The position numbers and the translations under genes were made by a program. The notes beneath the pieces were generated by a model. That model saw nothing but the letters and a program-made list of their open reading frames with translations, had not been told where the DNA came from and ran no database searches. A stretch of 64,000 bases of DNA. It comes from an uncultured Nitrososphaerales archaeon. Its GTDB lineage: Archaea > Thermoproteota > Nitrososphaeria > Nitrososphaerales > Nitrososphaeraceae. Numbering within the stretch: position 1 is the first letter of the stretch; the number at the start of each line of letters is the position of its first letter. This document shows, piece after piece, positions 34,475 through 44,887 of the stretch. The DNA is taken from positions 1 to 64,000 of the forward strand of contig CAVOHZ010000006.1 in NCBI GenBank assembly GCA_963695855.1, in the 5' to 3' direction.

Positions 34475-36484
34475 TCAAATTGCAAGAACCTCATTGGCAT
34501 AGTCTCTTAATATCACAGCAGATTTAGTGAGTGAGTCGGTCCCCTCCTCTATATTCTTTGAGATTTCAGATAATATATGTAATTGCTTAAAATTATTTGA
34601 CTCATTCATTATAGCGGCGTTCACCTTACGGGTTACATCATCTGCTTGGTGTTCTAATGTAATGATTTTATCTATAGTTTCAAGAAAATCATCAATTTCT
34701 TCACGGGTACTCCATTTGTCTATAATTTTTACGTTTTCAATTGCCTTGAGGTACTCCATTGAACTATGCACAGCTAATTCTGCAAGGTCTAGTAGAGGTT
34801 CATAAAAATCTCCTATGATTTCTTCTTTAGAAACCAATGTCAATAAGAAAAGGGTTTCCTCCATGGAATCGGCAGCATCATCCGCATTACTCACGAAGTT
34901 CTCAAATACAATAGAGGCATTTGACCGCTTAAGTATAACACGAATATTATTCAACAAAGCGTCAGCATTTTTCTCCCAGACTTTCACTCTTTCGGCATTT
35001 CTCGTAATAAATTCTTGGTCGTCACTCTCTATCTGAACCAGGCCGTCCCTTACTATTGTACTAATTTCAACTACCAAAGATGCATGATTTGCAGCTATGT
35101 TTAGAAGGCTTTCATCAATACTGCGAAAATTTTTGGCGAGTTCAACTCTCACTTCATCACGTATTAGAAATTCCGATTTGCCTTCTATCAATCCTTCAGC
35201 ACAAGTTTGGAGAACAAATTTTAGGAATTCAATCGCCTTTTCTCTACTAAGAACATCCTCGAATTTATCCCCGAAATGAAGAGGGGACTTTGCAGTTTTT
35301 TTTATAGCATCGAAAATTAATTGTTCTCCGCCCATCTTCAGAAATCCCATATGACCCAAATCATTATCTGCAGCCCATTTCAATATGCTGAAGACATCCT
35401 CTTTCTTTACGAATATACCCAGACGTTTTCTTGCACGATTCCAATCAATTAGAAATACTATACGTGACGCCAAGAAAGAAAGATAGACTTCTAGATCCAT
35501 AGGATTTTTTGCGACATAAGTTCCGATGGAGATATGATACAGTCCAGAACCTTTAAATTTTTCACTTTGCCTTGATGTTGTGTTTTCCCACTTTACGTCA
35601 AATCTGTCAAGCATTGAATGAAAAAAAATTAGTCTTTGAATGTGTATATCAGAACAAGTTACTGAAACTGTCATTTCCTTAATTTTAATAACAAGTACGT
35701 GCGCATCAGTAGTTCCTATATCATTTTGGATTAATAACATATCTGCTGAACGGGTGGCTGTTGTATCCAGTCCAGGATGTTCAAACTTTAATTTTTTTGA
35801 TTTATTAATTCCCTTCATGAATGCTCGTACTAGTACCTTGTCATTGTCCGTTATCCCATAGACTTTCGCTCCATCGATGGATTCGTGATATATTAGAGAC
35901 TGTAGTCTGTTAAGCTCCTTATGAATTCCCATAACAAGAAGATGAAAACTGTCTCGATTTTTTGGTTCACCAGAAATAATATTGTCTATAATCAAATCTG
36001 AAATAATATCTTCATCTATTCTGGGGATTGTTGCCAATAGATCCTTGAATCTATTACGAAGACTATCATAATCTGCTATTTGGAACAGTTTTGAATTGGT
36101 AACTAAATTCGAGTCGTGTATTCTTTTTTGATCAGTTGGTTCGAAAAAAGTTTGTAAAGGAAGAATCATTTGCTTAATATTTTCGATTATATTGGCAATT
36201 ATAGGATTTACGTTGGGTATGTAATAGTAATTTTCAAGATCCGGCGTTTTGACGCTGTATTCTACTACTCTATCAAGATTAGTGTCTTGAATACCGCATT
36301 CTTCACGCTCGTTCCTAAGGTTTGAAAGTTCAATTTGAGGATTATCAGCGTGATGTTTTGCCATCTGAAGTAGTGAAAAAAAATACTTTACTCTGTCATT
36401 AGCATCGAACGCATCTGAAATCAGCTTTGGAAGTAAAAGTTCTCTAATTCCTAATTCTCGTATTATTTCTGCTTTCTCTGTCAA
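34475..36484 (-). CDS. Large DUF47/PhoU-like phosphate transport regulator domain protein
   Basis: C-terminal helical repeats WEKNADAL..DDAADSMEE and LEHQADDV..IEEGTD. N-terminal domain with HPGLDTTATR and IQNDIGTTDAHVL. Confidence 0.75.
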   Translation of the reverse strand: MTEKAEIIRELGIRELLLPKLISDAFDANDRVKYFFSLLQMAKHHADNPQIELSNLRNEREECGIQDTNLDRVVEYSVKTPDLENYYYIPNVNPIIANIIENIKQMILPLQTFFEPTDQKRIHDSNLVTNSKLFQIADYDSLRNRFKDLLATIPRIDEDIISDLIIDNIISGEPKNRDSFHLLVMGIHKELNRLQSLIYHESIDGAKVYGITDNDKVLVRAFMKGINKSKKLKFEHPGLDTTATRSADMLLIQNDIGTTDAHVLVIKIKEMTVSVTCSDIHIQRLIFFHSMLDRFDVKWENTTSRQSEKFKGSGLYHISIGTYVAKNPMDLEVYLSFLASRIVFLIDWNRARKRLGIFVKKEDVFSILKWAADNDLGHMGFLKMGGEQLIFDAIKKTAKSPLHFGDKFEDVLSREKAIEFLKFVLQTCAEGLIEGKSEFLIRDEVRVELAKNFRSIDESLLNIAANHASLVVEISTIVRDGLVQIESDDQEFITRNAERVKVWEKNADALLNNIRVILKRSNASIVFENFVSNADDAADSMEETLFLLTLVSKEEIIGDFYEPLLDLAELAVHSSMEYLKAIENVKIIDKWSTREEIDDFLETIDKIITLEHQADDVTRKVNAAIMNESNNFKQLHILSEISKNIEEGTDSLTKSAVILRDYANEVLAI

Positions 36485-36989
36485 CTAATCTGCCACGGAA
36501 TAAATATTATGCATATGATATATTCATATAAATAGATTGTATATATAGTCCATAGAGCAACGTGCATATATCGTTTATTCTTTGGAGACAATGGTAAAAT
36601 TGTCCTTTATTTAATAGCACTAAAGAATAGATAGTTGAAAAATCTATTATTTTTCGAGGATGTTGATATGCCTTTACTTGTTGTGAAAGTGGCCATAACA
36701 AGAGTTATATCCATTGCCTTTGTACAAACCTCACAATTCTTTATCTCTTTTTTTTTGAAATATCAGAACGGACTCAATATGCTCAATTAACAGTAATTTC
36801 ATTTCTATTTAGAATTTCTTTTACTTTTCATGTTTATAGTATTTTTGATTCGTACAATAGTAATTGTTATTCTTATTGTATATACCGTGTCCAATAGAGC
36901 GGCCTATAACTGTCTATGTAGATGAAAGAGATCTAAATGATCAATGTTAAGAATTACTATATAGCTACATTGATTATTTTAAAATCTTC

Positions 36990-38348
36990 ATGAATCCGCA
37001 TCGAGAAAATTTGTTTCAGGATGAATTATATTTACTTGATTTTATGGACGCATCCGTTAATTGGACAAAATTAAATCTAGAATATATATCTGTATATATA
37101 GACACATATTTTAGCACCTCCCAGGATGTTCTAAAACTTGGACAATGGGACACATTCTACGATAGATGGTTATCAAATATCGACAGAGAATTAGAATGCG
37201 AGTTAGGCTCCAGGCAATTTACTAGTAATTTGAAAGATTGGATGAAGTCTACCATTAAATTACGATCAACTTATCGTACATTAGGATTTCCTATCGAACA
37301 TTACGACGAACTACTTTATTCAATCAAGAAGTTTATGATGAGTCTTTATGTTTTTCCTTTGATGCAAGAATTTGGATACTCTACTCCTTCAGAAGTGGTC
37401 TATACACTAGGAAAGGTTACTCTCCGTCACTATAAAAACAGTCAAAGTAAGCTTACCGCTGTTGGACTTCCTGTACTTATTGTATATGCACAGATTAATA
37501 GATTCAACATACTAGATATAAGCTCTGACAGAAGTGTGGTGAGGAATCTAACATCAAACGGTTTGGATGTGTACGTTCTGGATTGGGGGTACTCTGGAAG
37601 TCAAGATGATAACAGATCTGTTGAGGATTACGTGAAAATACTACACAGTGTTATGGATATCATCACTTCAAGGCACAAAAAAAATGATAAAATATCGATT
37701 CTAGGATATTGCTGGGGAGGATTAATTTCAATTATTTTCACAGCGCTTCATCCAGACAGAGTAAACGCTCTAGCTCTACTGGCTTCACCTGTTGATTCTA
37801 GCAAGGATAACAGTTTGCTAGCTGTTTGGGCACGCTCTATCGATGCTGATATGATAATACAAGAATTTGGTCATATGGATGGACAGATTCTTGACCTTGC
37901 TTTTATTATGAGGAATCCACCAAGAAACCTTTGTGACAAATATTTGAAATTGTTCAAAAACTTCAACGATAAACATTTTGTGAATTCTTTTTTAGCAGTT
38001 GAAAACTGGCTCTTTCGCACTCCTCCGATACCTGGTGTATTGTACCGTCAAATTATAAACGACCTGTACAAGAGAAATCTCTTGATTAGAAATGATATCA
38101 AGATAAACGGCAAAGCGGTTGACTTGAAGAAGATAGATGTTCCATTGTTAAATATAGTCGCTGAAAATGATGATTTGGTATCACCAGCTTCTTCCCTGGC
38201 TGTAAACGAATACGTATCAAGCGTAGATAAGAAGTCGATTAAAATACCAGGAGGCCATGTAGGTTTGTTAATTAGCAAGAGGGCGCATGAGAAACTGTGG
38301 CCTGAAGTCGCAGACTGGATACTGCTGTCTAGGACAAGAAGAAAATAA
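36990..38348 (+). CDS. phaC: Class III PHA synthase with N-terminal extension
   Basis: TPSEVVY, LIVYAQINRFNILD, DVYVLDWG, lipase box GYCWGG, catalytic Asp (ENDDLV) and His (GGHVGL). Confidence 0.88.
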   Translation: MNPHRENLFQDELYLLDFMDASVNWTKLNLEYISVYIDTYFSTSQDVLKLGQWDTFYDRWLSNIDRELECELGSRQFTSNLKDWMKSTIKLRSTYRTLGFPIEHYDELLYSIKKFMMSLYVFPLMQEFGYSTPSEVVYTLGKVTLRHYKNSQSKLTAVGLPVLIVYAQINRFNILDISSDRSVVRNLTSNGLDVYVLDWGYSGSQDDNRSVEDYVKILHSVMDIITSRHKKNDKISILGYCWGGLISIIFTALHPDRVNALALLASPVDSSKDNSLLAVWARSIDADMIIQEFGHMDGQILDLAFIMRNPPRNLCDKYLKLFKNFNDKHFVNSFLAVENWLFRTPPIPGVLYRQIINDLYKRNLLIRNDIKINGKAVDLKKIDVPLLNIVAENDDLVSPASSLAVNEYVSSVDKKSIKIPGGHVGLLISKRAHEKLWPEVADWILLSRTRRK

Positions 38349-38399
38349 CAATATGTTCCGGTTTCAATCTAATTACTGTTATGGATTTTCTCAATGTTT

Positions 38400-38510
38400 T
38401 GCTTCTTTGTTTACCTTCCTTTCCTGGTTTGGTAAGTGGTCACGCATGATCTGTAAGATCAGGAACATTCAAGCTGGATTTGCCATGAGGTAAAAGTAAT
38501 ATTTTTTCAT
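38400..38510 (-). pseudogene. SixA 5' remnant (copy of the 49988 gene)
   Basis: HGKSSLNVPDLTDHA*PLTKPGKEG vs HGKSSWDNPDTADHERPLTNRGKEG; upstream DNA also matches 49800-49987. Confidence 0.75.
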
Positions 38511-39479
38511 TTTGGAGACAGATTATTTATATTTATATTAATTCTTAGACCTTTATCATAAGTGGAAAAAACTTAAGGAACAAATAATTAAATTTGATAA
38601 AATTTTAACTGTGCAATTCAACTTTTAGGTATCAATACAAAAATGAGCAGTGAATGGTTCTGATAGTATTTTTGGCCCTTGAACCTGTAAATTATCTCCA
38701 TGTATTTTTACATTGATACTTATTAAGAATCATAAAATAAAGAAAATTTTGAGATGTATTACATATTCTTCTTAAATCAATTGACACAAACTATCATTTT
38801 CACAAAGGGTTCGGATCATATTTAGAAGTATAATCGGTAATTATACAATTTCATAGTTGGTAGTATTCTTGTATTCAATAGTCTCTTGATTTCTCCTTTG
38901 GTCTTTGAGTGGAATGCAGTGACAGGAAGTTAGAAAGTCCAAATTTTCAGGATAAGGAATGATGTAAAGCATCATTGCATGAATTGCCAATATTATTTTA
39001 TTTGTGATTCTACTATGACAGGACTCATGCCCTGTTATAATCAGATAAGATTTGAATTTCAATTTGAACAGAATTTTAAAAAATAGGAATCTTTCTTCCT
39101 CTGCTTTTAAATGATAGGATATTTACAATATATTTTAGGGATTTTTAACCATCTCCTTCTTTTTGATATCCGTTCAGATATCTGTAGGAAACTGGCTCTG
39201 GAAATGTGGGGGATGTTTATAGCTACAAGTTACTCTCCGTCAATCGCGTTTGCGTCCAAGATACCATAGTCTAGTCTTGATCTTTTTCATATCGCACATA
39301 ATCTCACACTGCTTAATCCGAACGATCAAAAAATGTCCAAATGCTATAGCATGATAGAAATTATATAATCACATGCGAGTTTAAATTCCAATATTGTTTT
39401 AGAATTACTTCTCATTCCTTTTAACTTGAATGCGAATAATTCATCATGTATCTCATAGATTTCCAGACAACACGTCTTT

Positions 39480-39749
39480 TGCCAGATGTAGTTTTATTAA
39501 TTATAATTATAAGATTATTTTTTATTTGTTTATTTTATTCTTCCTTTCGTGTTTATTTTTATTATTATATTTTGATGTATTTATTGTCTCTATATCACTA
39601 CCAATTTTTTTTACTTCAGATTGTAGTCTAGAGATTTGAGATCCTTTGTTTTCGAATGGCGTTGGAATGGATTTTCTTCTACTGCAAATAATTGACCTAT
39701 ATTAAAGATAAAACAATTGAAGTTTTTGAGAAGGCATCTTTTTGAAGAA
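39480..39749 (-). pseudogene. Remnant paralog of the 47711-48343 gene, cut by IS5
   Basis: 39570-39642 closely matches 48003-48075. Confidence 0.65.
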
Positions 39750-40820
39750 TAGATCTTTTGCGTAATAGATAAGCTTACAGCTATATTCCTCTTTTTTAGC
39801 AGTTATATTTCGTAGATTTGCTAAATTACGATAGATTATCCAGAAAACTACAAATGTTCAGGTCATTTACAGAATTGGAATTAACAGAATTTGATTCAAT
39901 TTACAAGGAAATTGAATCCAGATATAATGAATACGAGGTAAAACGTCTCTCTAAAAGAAAGAAGAGAAGAATAAGACCTGTAGGTATGGGAGGTAGACAC
40001 TTCAAACATCCAGTAAGAGATAGATTTCTTATGCTTTTGGTGTACTACAGATTATACATAACACATACACTTTCTGGTTTTCTGTTTGACTTGGACCAGA
40101 GCAATGTGTACAGGGATATAAGATACATAGAACCTTTAGTCAAAAAATGTATTCCATTACCAGAAAAACTGTACAATAGTACAAGACGGTTGAGATCTGT
40201 AGAAGAGGTAGAAAAGTACTTTCCTGAATTTAAGGCATTTATAGATGCAACCGAACAGGAGATACAAAGACCAAAAAACAAAAGAAAGAGGAGAAACTAC
40301 TATTCGGGCAAGAAGAAAAGACATACCGTAAAGACGCAGTACATGGTAAACAAAGAAGGAAAGATATTACATAAATCAGACCACAGAAAAGGAAGACAGC
40401 ATGACTATTCTGTTTACAAGGATCAACATCCTGCTACACCATCACAAGTAGAAAACTATTTTGATCTTGGATACCAAGGAATAAAAAATGATTTTCCAGA
40501 TCTGAAAGTAGCATTGCCAGCAGTAAAGAAGAAACGTAATATTGATCTTACCAAACAGGAGAAAAGGTACAATAGAAAACAGCGTAAACAGCGAACAATA
40601 GTAGAACATACAATCTGCAGGATAAAAAAATTTGGTATTATGAGTACCAGATACAGGAACAGACTGAAAAGATATGATACAGTATCAGATATTGTATCGG
40701 GTCTTGTTAATTACAGAATCATAAAGAAGAGTAATAATCTATCGCTACTATAGAACAAGAATACAGACAGAGAAGAGTAATAGGAGATTACAAAAATTGT
40801 TCAATTACGCAAGACATCTA
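39750..40820 (+). mobile_element. IS5-family (ISL2/IS1381-like) element, intact transposase 39818-40753
   Basis: TIRs tagatcttttgcgtaa / ttacgcaagacatcta; IDATEQ, YSGKKKRHTVK, DLGYQG, RTIVEH. Confidence 0.92.
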
Positions 40821-40904
40821 ATATACATATAGATAAATAGATGCATAAATATCGATAAAAATGATGAGTTACAATGTAAAATAAGGAAAATTACGAGAAA
40901 ATGC

Positions 40905-41100
40905 TTCTGCATGCTTGACAATAGAATTTGAGAGTATCGAAAAGAAGAACAACAAGATCGGATTTGGTAATGCAGTTCGAAACATCTTGAAAGATTTCAC
41001 AATAAAACTTGAAAGAATTCAATTGGATACCCAGAATGGGGCAAGTTGAATCATAAAAGTTCCTCTTGGATAAAAGGCTCGTCCAAAAATTCAAAGCAAT
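40905..41100 (+). pseudogene. 3' remnant of the CYTH-like gene (copy of 27745-27930)
   Basis: gacaatagaatttgagagtatcgaaaagaagaacaac..ggatacccagaatgg closely matches 27750-27885. Confidence 0.8.
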
Positions 41101-41352
41101 TTTTTGTGGGATTCTAAATATTCTTGTTAGATTGTAATTTTCCACAGCAAATAATCGTAAAATTCTAATGGGTCAACCATTTAAGGGTTTAGAATATTAT
41201 TCATAATTTTGTCACGCTGAATTATTGTTAATGTATATCATCCTTGTAAAATAATCCGTATATTGAAGTCAATGGTAATCTTGTATAAGAATAAAAGTTA
41301 TTTTATAATTCAATTTTTTGTGTAATAATATAAATATTTCTGTTAGTAAATT

Positions 41353-41901
41353 TTGTACAAATTGGATCTATATATTATGAGGCATGGTGACGCTGGAAAA
41401 CGTCTTTCCGATTCTATACAAGACCGGTCAAGATCGTTAACACAACAAGGTCTGAAAGAAGTCAGAACGATTTCAAAATCTTTAAAGCTTCTAGATGTTA
41501 AATTCGATACAATATTTTCTAGTCCTCTCCCAAGAGCATTACAAACAGCTATTATTGTTGCTAATCAGTATAAATTAAAAAATAAAATAGAAAAATATGA
41601 TGAATTAATTTCTCAACAAGACAGGTTCATATTCTATGATATATTGGCTAATTATAATCGAATGTCTTCGATTCTAATTGTTGGACATGAACCATATCTC
41701 AGTACCATGATTAGTGACATCATATCAAATAGTGACGATAAAAATAAGACTAATAATGACATAAAATCAAATAGTAATATTATCCTAAAAAAGGCAGGTC
41801 TATCAAAAATTAGAATAACTTCTACTGTACCTACTTTACAAGGAGAATTAAGATGGTTACTTACACCAAATATTTTAAAAGAAGTCAAAGATACGTCATA
41901 A
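41353..41901 (+). CDS. sixA: Phosphohistidine phosphatase SixA
   Basis: MRHGDA, RSLT, SSPLPRALQTA, VGHEP. Confidence 0.9.
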   Translation: MYKLDLYIMRHGDAGKRLSDSIQDRSRSLTQQGLKEVRTISKSLKLLDVKFDTIFSSPLPRALQTAIIVANQYKLKNKIEKYDELISQQDRFIFYDILANYNRMSSILIVGHEPYLSTMISDIISNSDDKNKTNNDIKSNSNIILKKAGLSKIRITSTVPTLQGELRWLLTPNILKEVKDTS

Positions 41902-42047
41902 CTTTACTGCCTGATATATCTTGTATTAAATTTTCATATCCTTGCAGATAATTTTCTATTGTCTACTAAATTTACTATGATATACTATATTGAATACATA
42001 TGTAAAACTAAAATTTCTTGTTCCTATATAACTATTGAATCAATATC

Positions 42048-42575
42048 TTGGAACTCTATATACTTAGACACGGAGAGACATCTAAAAAACTGTACTCCTC
42101 TGTAGATTCCAATCACTCTCTCACATTTTCAGGAAAATCTGAAATTGAAGAAATAGGCAATTCAATTAAAAAATTAAGAATCAAGATCGACTTAATATTA
42201 ACAAGTACTATCTCTTCAAGTCTAGAAACTGCGGATATAATAAATAATTTATTTAACAAAAAAATAAAAATCTTAAAATGCGAAGATCTACAACCAGAAG
42301 GAAACATATTAAATGTTTACAAAATTATATCTGAATTTGATCAAATGTCTTCGATTCTAATTGTTGGACATGAACCATATCTCAGTACCATGATTAGTGA
42401 CATCATATCAAATAGTGACGATAAAAATAAGACTAATAATGACATAAAATCAAATAGTAATATTATCCTAAAAAAGGCAGGTCTATCAAAAATTAGAATA
42501 ACTTCTACTGTACCTACTTTACAAGGAGAATTAAGATGGTTACTTACACCGAGACTATTAAAGAGTATTATCTAG
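42048..42575 (+). CDS. sixA: SixA paralog with degenerate active-site arginines
   Basis: LRHGET and VGHEP kept; HSLT and SSLETA replace RxLT and RAxQTA. Confidence 0.8.
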   Translation: MELYILRHGETSKKLYSSVDSNHSLTFSGKSEIEEIGNSIKKLRIKIDLILTSTISSSLETADIINNLFNKKIKILKCEDLQPEGNILNVYKIISEFDQMSSILIVGHEPYLSTMISDIISNSDDKNKTNNDIKSNSNIILKKAGLSKIRITSTVPTLQGELRWLLTPRLLKSII

Positions 42576-44164
42576 ATAATACCATAAAGAAAGTGACTTA
42601 TGGAAAACCTTCATTCCGTAAAGTATCAGTAATAGATTTGGGATATAATTCCCTAAAATTAGTTCATTATATTACATCCTCTAATAAATATTATAAAAAA
42701 TACTATGAGAAAACTATTAGGGTGAGACTTGGAGAAGGTCTAAACAAAACAGGACTACTTAGAACAGAGGCTATCAATAGAACTATTGAATCTCTAAAAT
42801 ATTTTCGTGATCTTATTAATTCTGAATCCATTGAATTTACAATACCATTTGCTACTAGCGCAGTACGTGAGGCGGAAAATAAGAAATTGTTCCTGAGAAA
42901 AGTAGAAGAAGAAACAGGATTTAAATTCAAATTATTATCAGCTAATGAAGAAGCTGCATATTCATATCTTGGTGCGTTGAACTCACTATGTGTTTCAAAT
43001 TGCTTGTTTTTTGATCTGGGCGGCGGAACGATAGAATTAGTAAGTTCTAGAGATTATAAAATTAGGAGAGTAATGTCCCTTCCCTTGGGAACATTGAAGC
43101 TAACCCAGAAATTTTTTTCAAACAATGAAGATAAAAATACAACCACTAGTAAAAAATCTAAAAAGATTTATAATATTTTAGGAGGACATATTATGAATCA
43201 ATTACCCAATCCACAAGAATTAGACATAAATAGTGAATCTACTGTACTAATAGGTGCTGGGGGTACTCTTAGAACGATTGCAAGATATGATCAATTGATG
43301 AAAGAATATCCAATCACAAGATTACATAACTACAAACTAAATTTTCGTGCTGTATCAACCATCAAAGATGATCTATCTAAAATGAATAAAGAAGAGTTAT
43401 CTAATATAGATGTAATAGGACCAAATAGGGCAGAAACAATCAAGACAGGATTAAATGTAATCTACTTCCTTATGTCAAAATTCGGTCTTAAGAATATTAT
43501 TGTTAGTACAAAAGGATTACGAGAAGGAATGGTCTTAAATTTTCTTGAATCCTATCATTTAGATAATAGAACTGATTTGGATAGATATCTACTAAATAAC
43601 TGTAACAACAAAGACAAATGCAATTCAAGCTTAGCAAAGAAATTCCTATCTAACGGAATTATAACAGAAAATGAATACACTATTATTAATCAATCAATAT
43701 TATATATGTGCAAGATTCTGGCTAATGATAATATTGGTCAATTTTATGTTCTCCTCAATGAGGATATCAAAAATCTGGATCATCATCAACATGTTATATT
43801 AGCATTATCCCTTCTGGCAATCAATAAGCCAAAAATAGCTCTTGAACTATCTGAAAATTACAGAAATCTATTATATTATTATTATGATAAAAAAATGATC
43901 AAAAACATTATCGAAAGAATATCAACCTTCTTACGATTTTTAAATTTTGTGAAAAATAACAAATTAATAATTGAAATCAAAGAATTTACAAAAATAACAA
44001 ACAAGCTTTTACTGGAAATCATAATACAAAGTGATAAAAATAAAGACATCATTTCCTTTCCAGAAATTTTATTTAAAGAGATAATATCAGATTTTAAGTC
44101 TTCATTTGATCTTTCGATACAATATACATTAATTGTCCAAGATAAAAAAAAGGAGTACAATTAG
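42536..44164 (+). CDS. ppx: Ppx/GppA exopolyphosphatase
   Basis: IDLGYNSLKL, VRLGEG, ATSAVREAEN, EEA, DLGGGTIE, GAGGTLR, GLREG. Divergent C-terminus; exact start uncertain. Confidence 0.92.
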   Translation: MVTYTETIKEYYLDNTIKKVTYGKPSFRKVSVIDLGYNSLKLVHYITSSNKYYKKYYEKTIRVRLGEGLNKTGLLRTEAINRTIESLKYFRDLINSESIEFTIPFATSAVREAENKKLFLRKVEEETGFKFKLLSANEEAAYSYLGALNSLCVSNCLFFDLGGGTIELVSSRDYKIRRVMSLPLGTLKLTQKFFSNNEDKNTTTSKKSKKIYNILGGHIMNQLPNPQELDINSESTVLIGAGGTLRTIARYDQLMKEYPITRLHNYKLNFRAVSTIKDDLSKMNKEELSNIDVIGPNRAETIKTGLNVIYFLMSKFGLKNIIVSTKGLREGMVLNFLESYHLDNRTDLDRYLLNNCNNKDKCNSSLAKKFLSNGIITENEYTIINQSILYMCKILANDNIGQFYVLLNEDIKNLDHHQHVILALSLLAINKPKIALELSENYRNLLYYYYDKKMIKNIIERISTFLRFLNFVKNNKLIIEIKEFTKITNKLLLEIIIQSDKNKDIISFPEILFKEIISDFKSSFDLSIQYTLIVQDKKKEYN

Positions 44165-44167
44165 TAA

Positions 44168-44887
44168 ATGACACAGGTAAAGATAAAAGGATCTAGTAAT
44201 ACAATAACTAATACGACAACTAAAAAAAATAAGGACAATTTAAAAGGTAAATTAATTATAGTTGAAGGAATTGATGGATCAGGAAAATCGACACAAATTC
44301 ATCTTCTTGATAAATGGCTTAAATTTAAGAATCTACAATCTTTTTTATCAGAGTGGAATTCATCTGAAATTGTAAAAAATGTAACCTCTAGAGGTAAGAA
44401 AAAAGAACAACTTACACCTACAACATTTTCGTTGCTGCACTCAACTGATTTTGCAGATCGGTACGAAAGGAATATTTTTCCGTTATTAAGGGCTGGTTAC
44501 ATAGTGTTGGCAGATAGATATATCTATACAGCATATGCACGAGATATAGTAAGGGGATGTGATCCACAATGGGTCAAAAAAGTATATGATTTTGCTTTAA
44601 AACCTGATATCACATTTTATTTCAGAGTTCCGGTGGATATAGCTGCAGGACGAATATTATCTGGAAGACCCAAGTTGAAATATTACGAGGCGGGAATGGA
44701 TCAAAATTTAAGTAATGATATTTATGAAAGTTATCGTATTTTTCAAAGTAGAATAATAGAACAATATGACAAAATGGTAATACCTGAAAATTTCGCTGTT
44801 ATAGATGGAACACTAAATATAGAAGAACAACAAAATATGGTTAGAGAAAAATTTAACAATACTATTCCTGCAGAGATGTTAAAATGA
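44168..44887 (+). CDS. Thymidylate kinase-like protein A (probable PPK3 subunit)
   Basis: P-loop EGIDGSGKST, ADRYIYT, KPD, YYEAGMD. Confidence 0.85.
   Translation: MTQVKIKGSSNTITNTTTKKNKDNLKGKLIIVEGIDGSGKSTQIHLLDKWLKFKNLQSFLSEWNSSEIVKNVTSRGKKKEQLTPTTFSLLHSTDFADRYERNIFPLLRAGYIVLADRYIYTAYARDIVRGCDPQWVKKVYDFALKPDITFYFRVPVDIAAGRILSGRPKLKYYEAGMDQNLSNDIYESYRIFQSRIIEQYDKMVIPENFAVIDGTLNIEEQQNMVREKFNNTIPAEMLK

Noticed and set aside
34387-34500. Upstream start for the PPDK-like gene
   Set aside because: Extension overlaps the DUF47 gene and does not look like PPDK; MTTK at 34386 is more plausible
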